This document shows, piece after piece, positions 29,097 through 39,436 of a DNA stretch of 64,000 nt (positions are counted from its first letter, which is position 1; every line of letters begins with the position of its first letter). A program made the position numbers and the translations under genes. The DNA lies in contig OZ244065.1 in assembly GCA_965215505.1 (NCBI GenBank), positions 3,712,001 to 3,776,000 on the forward strand. Reading direction: 5' to 3'. This DNA is from Capsulimonadaceae bacterium. GTDB taxonomy: Bacteria > Armatimonadota > Armatimonadia > Armatimonadales > Capsulimonadaceae. The notes beneath the pieces are model-generated. The model was not told where the DNA came from, did not search any database, and saw only the letters and a list, made by a program, of their open reading frames with translations.

Positions 29097-30575
29097 TTAG
29101 GTCCCGCAGAACGTTTGGGACACCCGCTCATCGTCCTGCGGCGGCTCCGCGTAGGGCGCAAAGGTCGGCTGGTCGTCAAACGGCTTCGACAGAACAGTCA
29201 GCAGCTCCTCGAACGGGCCGAAATCGTCCGCCTCGACGGCCGCCCGGATGACCGCCTCCACCCGGTGGTTGCGCGGGATGAAGGCTGGGTTCGCCGCCCG
29301 CATGGCCGCCTGGCACGCCGCAACGCCCGTCGGCTCCTGGCCCAGACGCTGCCGCCAGCGCGCGGCCCACCCGTCGAATGCGGACGGGTCGGCAAAGAGG
29401 ACCCGCACACCCGAGTCGCCTTCAGGGCTGGGCGCGGCGTCACTCAGCAAGCGGAACGTGAGCGTGAAGTCGGCACCGTTCGCGCTCATCGCCGTCAGCA
29501 GATCGTTCCCGAGCGCCGCGTCACCCTCGCGCTCCGTGAGAAGGCCCAGCTTGCGCCTCAGCCCCGCCTCGTAAGCCTCCTCGAAGGACGGCGCGTAGGC
29601 CCCGAGCGCCTCCTGCGCCTCCGCGACGGCTGCGGCGGCGTCCTCGGACAGGAGCGGCAGGAGACACTCAGCGAGCCGCGTCAGGTTCCACCGGCCGATG
29701 GCGGGCTGGTTCCCGTAGGCGTAGCGCCCCTGGACGTCAATCGCGCTGAAGAAGGCGTCGGGGTCGTACCGGTCCAGGAAGGCGCAGGGGCCGTAGTCAA
29801 TCGTCTCGCCGGCGACGGACATGTTATCCGTGTTCATCACCCCATGGATGAACCCGACCAGCAGCCACCGAGCGATCAGCCCCGCCTGCGCCCCGATCAC
29901 CGCGTCCAGCAGCGCGCGGTACGGGCGCTCCGCGCGGCCCGCGTCCGGGTAGTGGCGCGCGATGACGTGGTCCGCGAGCAGACGCACCCCCTCCACGTCG
30001 CCCCGCCCCGCGAAGAACTGGAACGTGCCGACGCGGACGTGACTGGAGGCGACGCGCGTCAGCACGGCACCGGGGAGCATCGTTTCCCGCCTCACGCTTT
30101 CCCCTGTTGTCACCGCGGCGAGGGCGCGAGTCGTGGGAATGCCCAGGGCCGCCATCGCCTCGCTGACGACGTATTCGCGCAGGACCGGCCCCAGCGCGGC
30201 CCTGCCGTCGCCGCGCCGCGAGAAGGGCGTCGGGCCTGAGCCTTTGAGCTGGATGTCGCGCCGGGTCCCGCCCCGGTCGAGGACCTCGCCGAGCAGGATG
30301 GCACGGCCGTCCCCCAGTTGCGGCACGAACCCGCCGAACTGGTGCCCCGCGTAAGCCGCCGCGAGAGGCTCGGCGCCCTCGGGGACACGGTTGCCGGCCA
30401 GGACTTCCACGCCCTCCGCGCTGGCGAGCCAGTCCGGGTCAAGGCGGAGGTGCCGTGCGAGGGGCCGGTTGAGCCGGATCAGCCGGGGCGCGGCGACCGG
30501 CGTGGGCGCGGTGCGCGTGAAGAAGCGCTCGGGCAGCCGCGCGTAGGTGTTATCTAAAGGGAACTGAATATTCAT
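29097..30575 (-). CDS. selO: Protein adenylyltransferase SelO/YdiU
   Basis: YAGHQFG, LGDGRA, KGSGPTPFSRRGDGRA, HGVMNTDN, DYGPC, C-terminal TFCGT. Confidence 0.95.
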   Translation of the reverse strand: MNIQFPLDNTYARLPERFFTRTAPTPVAAPRLIRLNRPLARHLRLDPDWLASAEGVEVLAGNRVPEGAEPLAAAYAGHQFGGFVPQLGDGRAILLGEVLDRGGTRRDIQLKGSGPTPFSRRGDGRAALGPVLREYVVSEAMAALGIPTTRALAAVTTGESVRRETMLPGAVLTRVASSHVRVGTFQFFAGRGDVEGVRLLADHVIARHYPDAGRAERPYRALLDAVIGAQAGLIARWLLVGFIHGVMNTDNMSVAGETIDYGPCAFLDRYDPDAFFSAIDVQGRYAYGNQPAIGRWNLTRLAECLLPLLSEDAAAAVAEAQEALGAYAPSFEEAYEAGLRRKLGLLTEREGDAALGNDLLTAMSANGADFTLTFRLLSDAAPSPEGDSGVRVLFADPSAFDGWAARWRQRLGQEPTGVAACQAAMRAANPAFIPRNHRVEAVIRAAVEADDFGPFEELLTVLSKPFDDQPTFAPYAEPPQDDERVSQTFCGT

Positions 30576-30979
30576 TGAAGGCTTCCGTCATCCCGGCCTG
30601 TGAGTCACACAGGACTCAGTCAAAGAGGATGCTCAAAGAGATTAGCCACGGCGGGCGTGAAAACAACATGGGACCGTCTCGGCCCCACCGCCATGTGGAA
30701 ACCCGCGCGTATCCGACGGGCGTTTGAAGCGCCTTGCGTTGTTATGCCTTGCCGTCAGACGCCTTCACGTTCCTTTTGCCGATTATACCGCGTGGAATGG
30801 GCTTTTGATTGTTGAGCATGTGGTTCATTCAGGCTTCTTCCAGCGCGTAATCCGCCGCCTGCCGCTCGTATATCCCCTGTGGGCCGCCCCCCCCGCAGCC
30901 GCGCGGGGCAGGAATGAGGCGAGGGGGGAGCGTATAGGGCATCACGGCGTTTGCCGGAAGGCGGGAGGCAGAGAAAAGC

Positions 30980-32851
30980 ATGGAATGGGAACAGGTGGGG
31001 CCGGGGGTGTATCGGTTCCCCGAGAGCTGCAACGTCTACGCCCTGGCCGGGCCGGAGGGCAGCGTGATCGTGGACGCGGGCACGGGGCGGTGGCTCGATC
31101 ACCTCGCGGCCCTGCCCGCGCCGCCGGTCGCATTGCTGCTGACCCACTACTTCCGGGACCACGCGGCGGGGGCGGCGTCGGCGGCACGGGCGGGCATCCC
31201 CGTGTGGGTGCCGGAGGGGGAGCGGGCGATCCTGAGCGACCCCGGCCAGCACTTCCGGGAGCGCGAGACGTACATCATTTACGACAACCTGTGGGACCTG
31301 TTCGCGCCCATCGAGGGCGTGCCGGTCGCGGGCATCCTGCGCGATTATGAGACGGTGCGGCTGGGCGGGCTGGACATCGAGGTCCTGCCGCTGCCGGGCG
31401 TGACGCTGACGCAGATCGGGCTGGCCTTCGGGATGCCGCAGCCGGGCGGCGGGGTGCGCCGGGTCGTCTGCTGCGGGGAGGCCATCCACTCGCCGGGGCG
31501 GCTCGCCCGGATCGCGCCGCTTCAATACAATTACAACGACCTGGGCGGCGCGGTGAACGCCTTCACGTCCGCCCGCCGCCTGCGGGACTACAGGCCGGAC
31601 GTCCTGCTGCCCAGCCTGGGCGAGCCGATGCTGAGTAATACGGACGACGCCCTGGCGCGGCTTCAAGCCTCGCTCCGGCTGCTGGTCGCGGGCCGTCCGG
31701 GCATGACGGATCGGCTGGACAATCTCGGACCGGACCCTTTGGAGCGCGTCACCGACCACGTCTGGAAGACGACGCACGCGCACAGCGTCAACTGGTTCCT
31801 CGTGAGCGACTCCGGCAAGGTGCTTGTCATTGACTACGGCTACGACGCCCACAACCTCACAAGTACGAACTACCCGCGCCCGGCTAACCGCCGCGCCTCG
31901 CTGCACAGCCTGGAAGCTCTGAAGGGAAGGTTCGGGGCTGACCGCATTGATGTCGTATTGGTGAGCCACTTCCACGACGATCATGTCTGCGGCATCCCCC
32001 TGCTCCAGCGCCTGTTCGGGACGCAGTGCTGGGCGGCGGAGAACTTCGCGGACCTCATGGAGTCGCCCCACGCGCACTGCTTCCCCTGCGACTGGCCCGC
32101 CCCGACGCGCGTGGACCGCCGCCTGCCCCTGGGCGAGACGTTCACCTGGGAGGAATACACCTTCTGCCTGCACCCCATGAGCGGTCACACCCGGTTCGCG
32201 TCGCTGATCGGCTTCGAGGCCGACGGCGTGAAGTTCGCGCACACGGGGGACCAGTATTTCTTCCAGCAGGGCTGGGGCGGCGGGCCGATGCCGCCGTTCG
32301 CCGAGAACCCCCTCGCCCAGAACCATGTGTACCGGAACGGGGCTTTGCTGGACGGCTACGACCGGAGCGGCGACTGGCTGCTGGCCTGGCGGCCCGACAT
32401 CGTTATCCAGGGCCATCAGGCCCCGTTCCACACCGACGACGCCTTCTTCGAGCGCATCGCGGCGTGGTCCATCGAGTACAAGGACATCCACCGGCGCGCG
32501 ATGGTCCTGGGCGACGACGAGGCCCACTTCGACCTGGACAGTTGGGGCGGCTGGATCTGGCCGTACCGGACCTTCCTGCCGGAGCCTGGCCCCGCCCATG
32601 TGCGCGTCACCGTCCGCAACCCATTCCCCCGGCAGGCTTCGCTCACCGTGACCCTGGTCGGCCCCCAGGGCTGGGAAGGCACGTCCGCCGTCCTGGACGC
32701 CGCCCCGCGCGCTGAGGTCTCGGCGACGCTGTCCATCACGCCCACCGGCCCCTGCCGCCGCCAGCCCTTCGCCGTGGAGCTGACCGCCGACGGCCGCCCC
32801 TTCGGCCAGGTCGCCGAGGCCCTGCTGACGGTCGGCGGCGAGGCGTTCTGA
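30980..32851 (+). CDS. Tandem MBL-fold metallo-hydrolase
   Basis: Degenerate THYFRDH domain followed by SHFHDDH...GHT...GD...GH. Confidence 0.8.
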   Translation: MEWEQVGPGVYRFPESCNVYALAGPEGSVIVDAGTGRWLDHLAALPAPPVALLLTHYFRDHAAGAASAARAGIPVWVPEGERAILSDPGQHFRERETYIIYDNLWDLFAPIEGVPVAGILRDYETVRLGGLDIEVLPLPGVTLTQIGLAFGMPQPGGGVRRVVCCGEAIHSPGRLARIAPLQYNYNDLGGAVNAFTSARRLRDYRPDVLLPSLGEPMLSNTDDALARLQASLRLLVAGRPGMTDRLDNLGPDPLERVTDHVWKTTHAHSVNWFLVSDSGKVLVIDYGYDAHNLTSTNYPRPANRRASLHSLEALKGRFGADRIDVVLVSHFHDDHVCGIPLLQRLFGTQCWAAENFADLMESPHAHCFPCDWPAPTRVDRRLPLGETFTWEEYTFCLHPMSGHTRFASLIGFEADGVKFAHTGDQYFFQQGWGGGPMPPFAENPLAQNHVYRNGALLDGYDRSGDWLLAWRPDIVIQGHQAPFHTDDAFFERIAAWSIEYKDIHRRAMVLGDDEAHFDLDSWGGWIWPYRTFLPEPGPAHVRVTVRNPFPRQASLTVTLVGPQGWEGTSAVLDAAPRAEVSATLSITPTGPCRRQPFAVELTADGRPFGQVAEALLTVGGEAF

Positions 32852-32945
32852 CCGCTACAGCCGGGAAGGGATGTCGGCGGCATGGCAGGAGCCGCACGTC
32901 TAAAGAGCGATGTCATAGCCCGTGATCCCGAAGCCGGAACGCCTG

Positions 32946-33896
32946 TTAGGACGGCTTCATTGCCCGAATATCAGACACAACACGGGGCAATTTTGCTAGC
33001 GACGCAGCCACTACCATGCTGTCAACAAGAGCGCAGCACTCGGATTTTCCCGTCGCCAGCAGCTCGCGGAATGGCCGGACTCGTGACATGGACCAGAGCA
33101 TGGCCGCCACTGCCACTGCCGGACGGCCGTTGATGCGTTGCTTTGCTTTTGGATAGACCGGATACCCCAGCCGCGTAATCAGCTTGTAGCTCGCGTGAAC
33201 GCCGCGTGCCAGAATCAGAGCCTCTTTCCACGAGGCACCGCCCCCACGCCGCTCGCCCGCCACTGACACGCTTTCAAACGCCACACACATCGGGGCGTGG
33301 CAGCGAAGCCAGAGAGGCATGTCGGGTTCCAGTGCAGCCGGCAACCCGGCGGCGTTGAACACGTCCACCCAGCGCTGCCGGCTCATAATGGTCTTTTGAC
33401 CGCCAGCCCCGATGGTCGCTTTGAGCCTGCCGTCGCCATCCAAAGTGGCCTGCACGAATGGCATACCGAGGCAGCACCGCTCGCCCCCAATCGCTTCTTG
33501 AAGGCGCTCGGGATGGAAGGTGTTGAACATGAACTGGATGCTCTTGGCGGCGCTGCGCGTCAATGCCGGCAGCAGCGTGTCGGTTTGATGCGCCAGAAGC
33601 GTGACGATTACCAGATCATACGGCGTCCGCTCGTCGAGTGCGCTTGAAACACGGACGCTTGCCCGTTCGCCTTTGACATCAACAACTGCACCATCGCGTT
33701 GAAGCTGTTGCAGCCTGAGGGAGTCGGGCCGCGCGATGACGGTGACATCATGGCCGCCGACGCGGGCCAGTTGAAAGGCGAATGCGCTGCCGATCTTTCC
33801 TGCGCCTAAAACAGCGATGCGGAGAGGGGAAGACAGTAGGGAAGATGATGCGGGCATAACAACTCCTGACATCGTGGGGAATATACTGGAGGACAC
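32946..33896 (-). CDS. Ketopantoate reductase family oxidoreductase
   Basis: IAVLGAGKIG Rossmann motif, YDLVIVT, WLRCHA; true start may be 33857. Confidence 0.75.
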   Translation of the reverse strand: MSSSIFPTMSGVVMPASSSLLSSPLRIAVLGAGKIGSAFAFQLARVGGHDVTVIARPDSLRLQQLQRDGAVVDVKGERASVRVSSALDERTPYDLVIVTLLAHQTDTLLPALTRSAAKSIQFMFNTFHPERLQEAIGGERCCLGMPFVQATLDGDGRLKATIGAGGQKTIMSRQRWVDVFNAAGLPAALEPDMPLWLRCHAPMCVAFESVSVAGERRGGGASWKEALILARGVHASYKLITRLGYPVYPKAKQRINGRPAVAVAAMLWSMSRVRPFRELLATGKSECCALVDSMVVAASLAKLPRVVSDIRAMKPS

Positions 33897-33981
33897 GAAG
33901 AGAGCCTCTTAAGACAATTCCGTAGGCTGTTGGACACGTTCAACTGGACGGCCAGTTAATCTTTTGCAACAGGCGGTATAG

Positions 33982-34027
33982 TCGCACCGAGTGCGATCAT
34001 GGAATTATTATTACACCAAGTGCGAAA
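33982..34027. promoter_or_regulatory. Probable TetR operator sites
   Basis: Palindrome TCGCAC-CGA-GTGCGA and a related copy TTACACCAAGTGCGA between the divergent genes. Confidence 0.55.
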
Positions 34028-34154
34028 TTATGCAAGCCCTCCTGCAATTTCCCCCCCGCCTTTAGACGCTGACAGTGATATGATGTATATACGCGACCGC
34101 TCTGCACTGCGCCGTGTGCGAATGTAGAGCGGTTGTCAAAGGGAGCCGCTTACA

Positions 34155-34766
34155 ATGATTGAGAGTTCCGAGGTTGAGATGGCCGAAGGGAAGGAGGGGC
34201 TGCGCGAGCGAAAAAAGCGGGAAACGCTCAAACGCATCGCAGAGGCCAGCCTCAAACTCTTTGTGAAGAACGGATATGAGGGCACGACGCTGGACGAGAT
34301 CGCGGCGGAGGCCGGCATCGCCCGGCGGACGTTCTTCTATTACTTCAAGTCCAAAGAGGCCATCCTCATGGCGTACCTGGATGGGGGCTTTGCGAGGTCC
34401 AGCGTACCCCTCTTGCTCGCGCAGCCGACGGATCAGGCACCGCTGACTGCGGTTCGTAACAGCTTTTTGCAATTGATGTCCTGGTTTGAGACGGAGGAAG
34501 CCATCGTTGTGGACACCTTATTGGGGTCCACCGAGGCGCTGAGGGCGCGGATGCAGGCGAACTATGTGGAGACGGAGCATTTAGTCTTTGAAACACTGTG
34601 CGAGTTGTGGCCGCAGCCGGAAAGGAGGGCTTCGCTTCGGATCGTCGCGATGGTCTCGGTGGGTGCCATGCGCGTTGCGAAGGAGGCATGGCGACGGGAG
34701 GAAGGGCAGCGGCCTCTGGCGGAGTACCTGCGGGAGAGCTTCGCGGCTCTCGAAAGGATTATCTGA
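34155..34766 (+). CDS. TetR-family transcriptional regulator
   Basis: GLRERKK...GYEGTTLDEIAAEAGIARRTFFYYFKSKE. Confidence 0.93.
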   Translation: MIESSEVEMAEGKEGLRERKKRETLKRIAEASLKLFVKNGYEGTTLDEIAAEAGIARRTFFYYFKSKEAILMAYLDGGFARSSVPLLLAQPTDQAPLTAVRNSFLQLMSWFETEEAIVVDTLLGSTEALRARMQANYVETEHLVFETLCELWPQPERRASLRIVAMVSVGAMRVAKEAWRREEGQRPLAEYLRESFAALERII

Positions 34767-35030
34767 CGGATCACGTCATTGCGTCAGACGAGCGCAGCCA
34801 CAAACCTGCCCTCAGTAGGGACATCTATAAACTAAAGCGACGTTCCCGGTTTACTATGTGATAACGTCCTCTATCGGATACAATGACCACATCAGGGGCT
34901 TCACCTGAAACTTTAGTCCGGTTCCGGCGACCCGGCCGTTGCCATCATCACACTCTTTCTGCGCTTGACCTTAACGGCTTCGCCCATGAATTCGCTCAGT
35001 TTCCGATTCAGCTCGTCCATATCGCGCTGC

Positions 35031-35123
35031 CGTCAGCCCTTCGCCGTCGGATTGGTGGCCGACGGCCGCCCCTTCGGCCAGGTCGCCGAGGCCCTGCTGA
35101 CTGTGGGCGCCGAGGCGTTCTAA
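35031..35123 (+). repeat. Diverged duplicate of the last 93 bp of the MBL gene (32759-32851)
   Basis: 44-bp identical core 35058-35101 = 32786-32829; reading frame conserved to the stop. Confidence 0.9.
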
Positions 35124-35191
35124 CTACTCTCCGGTGTAACCCTGCAAACCACCCTTTGTAAAAAAGATGAGATAAACCATAACTCTCGCTA

Positions 35192-35229
35192 TTGACTTCT
35201 TGTCTCTAATTGTGGACAATATGTCACAT
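35192..35229 (+). promoter_or_regulatory. Methyltransferase promoter overlapped by a single C-box
   Basis: TTGACT-N17-GACAAT; TTGTGGAC-N5-GTCACAT resembles the operator upstream of the C gene. Confidence 0.65.
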
Positions 35230-36624
35230 ATGGCACTCTCCATAATTGACGGAAGTGAATTGCGAACTATTCGTATTCGACTTGGCCTTTCACAAGTCAA
35301 ATTAGCGGAGATTACTGGCGTACCTCAAGCAGACTTATCAGCCTTTGAGCTTGGCAAATCGTCACTTTCCTCTAGAGAAATAGACCACTTAAATGACTTG
35401 CTTTCTAAGGAAGAAGATGTTTTTCGTGTTGTCAGCCGCAAGAAGCGTTATCGCCAACATGAATTTGGTTCTCTGTTGAGAGATCAGTCGCGTGCATTGT
35501 TAGCGCGCAGGACGCCAGAGAACATCAACTATTTAGAGTTACTAGCGACGCTCCAACAACAAGCCAACCAGAACTTACAGGCCGGGCCGACTGCGCTTTC
35601 CCTCTTTTCGGGATGTGGCGGCTTCAGTACTGGCTTCAGTTGGGCTGGCTTCAAAATACTAGGGTTTTTAGAGATAAACCCTGACTTCCGACGCATCTAC
35701 CGCGAAAACTTTCCCGCTGCCCTAGAGCTTGCCACTGACATAACCAAAGTTTCTCAATTTCAAGTCCAAAGCTGGAAAGAGAAACTAGGCCAAGTTGACG
35801 TGATAATCGGCGGCCCTCCATGTCAGGGCTTCAGTCTGTCTGGCAAGCGCAAATCTGATGATTATCGAAACACTTTGTTTGAACACTATCTTAGAGTAGT
35901 TGAAATTGTACAACCAAGGGTCGCAGTTCTCGAAAATGTGCGGCTATTAACATCAATGAAGCTTCCTGACGGCAGCCTCGTTACCGATGCAATTCGCAAA
36001 AGTTTTCAAAGGTTGGGCTATTCGGTTCAAGCTTTCGAGGTTAATGCCAAAGAATTTGGCGTTCCTCAACATCGTGAACGCATTTTGTTTGTAGCCACAA
36101 GAAAGGACCAAACAGTAGTGCCTTCAATTCCTAACCCAATGCATTCCTCAAACTCAAACCTATTTGATAACAAAATACCCTGCCGCACCTTTGCCGACGC
36201 TTGTTCTGACTTAGAATTTTTAGAATCTGGACAAAAATCGTGCATTGACCCTCTCCATGAAGCTGTCGATCACCCGCGACATGTGATTGAGTGGCTTTGG
36301 AATGTCCGCCAGGGTGCTAGTGCTCACGAAAATGAAGATCCAGCAATGCGGCCTCCGTCTGGTTATAATACCACCTATAAACGGCAGATGTGGAACGAAC
36401 CAGCGTCAACCGTCCAAACCACATTCGGCATGATTTCCGGTTGTCGAAATGTTCATCCATTTGCAACTCGTGCATTAACTGTTCGCGAAGCTGCGCGGAT
36501 TCAGTCATTTCCTGACACTTATAAGTTTTCGGGAACACTTGGCGCAGTTAGAACCTCGATTGGGAACGCGGTTCCGCCACTTCTCGCTTACCATTTAGGA
36601 TGCCACATAAAACAGTGGCTCTAA
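35230..36624 (+). CDS. DNA (cytosine-5)-methyltransferase with N-terminal XRE HTH
   Basis: LGLSQVKLAEITGV...LSAFELGK; LFSGCGG, GGPPCQGFS, ENV, QHRER, IGNAVPP. Confidence 0.93.
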   Translation: MALSIIDGSELRTIRIRLGLSQVKLAEITGVPQADLSAFELGKSSLSSREIDHLNDLLSKEEDVFRVVSRKKRYRQHEFGSLLRDQSRALLARRTPENINYLELLATLQQQANQNLQAGPTALSLFSGCGGFSTGFSWAGFKILGFLEINPDFRRIYRENFPAALELATDITKVSQFQVQSWKEKLGQVDVIIGGPPCQGFSLSGKRKSDDYRNTLFEHYLRVVEIVQPRVAVLENVRLLTSMKLPDGSLVTDAIRKSFQRLGYSVQAFEVNAKEFGVPQHRERILFVATRKDQTVVPSIPNPMHSSNSNLFDNKIPCRTFADACSDLEFLESGQKSCIDPLHEAVDHPRHVIEWLWNVRQGASAHENEDPAMRPPSGYNTTYKRQMWNEPASTVQTTFGMISGCRNVHPFATRALTVREAARIQSFPDTYKFSGTLGAVRTSIGNAVPPLLAYHLGCHIKQWL

Positions 36625-37601
36625 ATCTTGTGGAAATAGCCAGCCTCTAAGTTAAATTGCAATTGTGTGGGGTGCTGCGCTTGTCCTCCTCTCTGCATCT
36701 GAATAATACCGAATCGTGGGGCTTCGTGCTGAACACTAGGTGGGTCTCTGTAACTTCCCTTTCTGATCGAGTAACCTTTCTTGGAGAAACCGCCGTAAGC
36801 ACGAGATAATTTGATAAGCTCATCAATTCCATAAACAGCTACTTCAGTAGCATCCCAACTTGTTGAAGATTTTGTTTTGTGTAGCAGAAAATCAGGTGCG
36901 AATGGATCGTTCAAATAGGCTTTCTGAAAAAGAAGTCGCGAAACCTCCTCTTGTTTTACTGACAAGATGTATTCCCACTCTTGTCGCCCTGCTGCATTGA
37001 TTTCCTCCCAAAACCATCGTCTTGGGTCACTCAACCTTTCGTTCAATCCAGCAGGATCATCGCTCGGGCGAAAACCAACGTCGCCACAAAATTGTCTAAG
37101 GCTATTTATAGCATTTTGCGAAACCGGAAGCCCATTGCGTATCAATAGATTTGCGAAACCTACTGCTGTTGTAAAATACAGTTGGGCATTTGTCGGAGTC
37201 TGACCATTACACTGCTTTGTTGAAACTCCGATTGTCTTTACATCTTTATCACTCCATTCAAAAGTGATTACTAAATCGCTTTTACATCTGTTGACAGTAA
37301 CACCGTTGATGTTTAGCCAACGAACGCCTTCTTCGGAAGTTGCGAGAGCACCAGTTGAAATTGCCTGTATTCGCCTAATCACAGATTTGCCAAGGAGTTG
37401 ACTAACATAATCAATCAAAATGGTGGCTGGATCTCCTGAGAAGACATGTCCTGGTCCGACGGTAGTAAGACGTCGAGGATAAGTGAGCGAGTTAATTTCT
37501 TGAGCGATCCTGCCTTCAAAGCTATGGCCGGCTTTCCTACCTAAAATCCCGGCTTGAATTTGAAGAGCATGAATCTCATCGACTGGTGTAAGAGCCATCA
37601 A
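36621..37601 (-). CDS. Putative type II restriction endonuclease
   Basis: KSD...GVSTK variant PD-(D/E)xK motif, C-terminal QRGG...QLQF; downstream of the C gene and convergent with the MTase; low GC. Confidence 0.7.
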   Translation of the reverse strand: MMALTPVDEIHALQIQAGILGRKAGHSFEGRIAQEINSLTYPRRLTTVGPGHVFSGDPATILIDYVSQLLGKSVIRRIQAISTGALATSEEGVRWLNINGVTVNRCKSDLVITFEWSDKDVKTIGVSTKQCNGQTPTNAQLYFTTAVGFANLLIRNGLPVSQNAINSLRQFCGDVGFRPSDDPAGLNERLSDPRRWFWEEINAAGRQEWEYILSVKQEEVSRLLFQKAYLNDPFAPDFLLHKTKSSTSWDATEVAVYGIDELIKLSRAYGGFSKKGYSIRKGSYRDPPSVQHEAPRFGIIQMQRGGQAQHPTQLQFNLEAGYFHKI

Positions 37602-37822
37602 ATACCTTCAATCAGGTCTGACAAAGAGACTTCCAGACCTTCTGCTAGTTTAATTAGATTCACGAAAGCAGGGTTTCGCCGACCACGTTCTAACATGCTG
37701 ATGTATGTGCGGTCGAAGCCACAGCGATCTGCTAGGCTTTCTTGAGATAGATGGAGCTTTTCACGCTGACCTCGTATCTTCTCGCCTAAAGTATTCAGGC
37801 TGTTTTGATGTTCTCTCATCAT
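37598..37822 (-). CDS. R-M controller (C) protein, XRE HTH
   Basis: LSQESLADRCGFDRTYISMLERGRRNP; overlaps the start of the endonuclease gene. Confidence 0.88.
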   Translation of the reverse strand: MMREHQNSLNTLGEKIRGQREKLHLSQESLADRCGFDRTYISMLERGRRNPAFVNLIKLAEGLEVSLSDLIEGI

Positions 37823-37836
37823 TGATTACTGGATCA

Positions 37837-37872
37837 ATTGTAGACGCTCTGTCCACGGACAGAACGTCACAT
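37837..37872 (-). promoter_or_regulatory. Tandem C-box operator
   Basis: Minus strand ATGTGAC-N5-GTC-CGT-GGAC-N5-GTCTACAAT, the double GAC-N5-GTC layout with central CGT known for C-protein operators. Confidence 0.75.
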
Positions 37873-38181
37873 TAATTTAGGAAGGAACCATCAAAATTCA
37901 GAAACCATTTTGAGTTAGCTTTTGTACCAGACTGTAACCATTGAAACGGGCGTTTCACGGGTAACGAATTACTCCGTGACATTGTCCTTCATCGGATGTA
38001 ACAACCTGAACAGAAGCTTTGCCTGAAGCCCCTGTTCATCTTCGGCGGATAGTCGTTGCTGTCATGCTTTTTTTGTGTTCAACCTCGATGGATTCGCTCG
38101 GCTCCTGGTTTAGCCCGGCCAGTTCGTACCGCCACCGGCCCTTCGTCGGCAGTCTGGCTGCCAAAGCCCTAATAACCGCAG

Positions 38182-39405
38182 GTGGGGCGTTCTAATTTGC
38201 CTGTAGTCAACGCTGGGCGCTCCCCGCGCGTCGCGGTCGCGGCCCTGTGCTGCGCGGCCCTCTTCCTGTACGCCGTCTACCTCGGTGCGTTGGGCGTCCT
38301 GCTGCCCGCCGTCGGCGTCTCCTTCAGGCTGGGGGCGGCGGCCCAGGGGCGGCTTTTTCCTGCCGACTTCGGCGGGTTCGTCATCGGGGTGCTGCTCTGC
38401 GGGGCGCTGTCCGACCGGCTGGGGCGCAAGGCCGTCCTGCTGGGCGGGGTGGCGGCCTATGCGCTGGGGCTGGCCCTGTTCAGCCGGGCGGGGACGTTCC
38501 CGCTGGCCCTGTTCGCGACGGGCCTGATTGGGGCAGGCAGCGGGGCGATGGAGACGGTCGCGAGCGCCCTGGCCTCCGACCTGTTCCCCCACCGGCGCGC
38601 GTTCCTGATCAACGCCCTCCAGGTCGCCTTCGGCGCGGGCGCGGCCCTCGGCCCGGCCCTGGCCCACCCGCTGCTGGCGGCGGGTGTGGACTGGCGGCTG
38701 CTCCCGCTGGCATTGGCCGCCGCCAACGTCCTGCTCTTTTTTGCCCTCGCCTTGCAGCCCATCGCGGACACCCGGCACGCGGGGGAGGCGCTCGACCCCG
38801 CCGCCCTGCGCGCGGCCCTGCGGCAGCCGGTCTTCCTGGCCCTGTGTCTGTGTCAGGCGCTCTATGTCGGGGCGGAGGTCGGCTTCGCCTCGTGGATGCC
38901 GACCTATTTCCTGCGCCATTTGCCCGGCGCGGCCTGGGCGGGGGCTGTCGTTTCCGTCTTCTGGGTCGCCATGACGTTGGGACGCCTCGTGACGGGGGCT
39001 TTGGTGACGCGCCTGCCGCTCCTGCGCCTGACCCTGTTCCTGGCAGTCGGCGGGACGGTGGGGGCCGCCCTCGCCCTGGCCTGGACCGCGCCGGGGCCGA
39101 CGATGGTCCTGGTCGGGGTCACCGGGCTGTGCTTCTCAGGCATCTTCGGCCTGATTCTGGCCGAGGCGGGGGAGCGTTACCCACGCTTCGCCGGGACGGC
39201 CTTCGGGGCGGTCGTCGCGGCGGGCGGCATCGGCGGGGCGGTCGTCCCCTGGGCAGTCGGGGCGCTGGCGGACACGGGCGCGGGCCTGCGCGGAGCCTTG
39301 CTGCTCGTCCCGCTGGCGATGGCGGTCCTGACCGCCCTGGTCTACCGGCTTGGGCTACTGCGCCAGCCGCTCATAAGCGGCGTACTGCCAGAGGGCGAGG
39401 CGTGA
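38182..39405 (+). CDS. MFS transporter
   Basis: GALSDRLGRK motif A, about 12 TM helices; start uncertain. Confidence 0.88.
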   Translation: MGRSNLPVVNAGRSPRVAVAALCCAALFLYAVYLGALGVLLPAVGVSFRLGAAAQGRLFPADFGGFVIGVLLCGALSDRLGRKAVLLGGVAAYALGLALFSRAGTFPLALFATGLIGAGSGAMETVASALASDLFPHRRAFLINALQVAFGAGAALGPALAHPLLAAGVDWRLLPLALAAANVLLFFALALQPIADTRHAGEALDPAALRAALRQPVFLALCLCQALYVGAEVGFASWMPTYFLRHLPGAAWAGAVVSVFWVAMTLGRLVTGALVTRLPLLRLTLFLAVGGTVGAALALAWTAPGPTMVLVGVTGLCFSGIFGLILAEAGERYPRFAGTAFGAVVAAGGIGGAVVPWAVGALADTGAGLRGALLLVPLAMAVLTALVYRLGLLRQPLISGVLPEGEA

Positions 39406-39416
39406 GGGCATCGGGG
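39355..39416 (-). repeat. Duplicate of the last 62 bp of the PLD gene (40237-40298)
   Basis: 59/62 identical; differences are TAG/TGA and CGG/CGA. Confidence 0.92.
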
Positions 39417-39436
39417 GAGGGCGTTCCGGCCCGGAA

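Noticed and set aside
34913-35020. Short minus-strand ORF MDELNRKLSEFMGEAVKVKRR...
   Set aside because: Only 35 aa with no RBS or motif; possibly a gene remnant but unsupported
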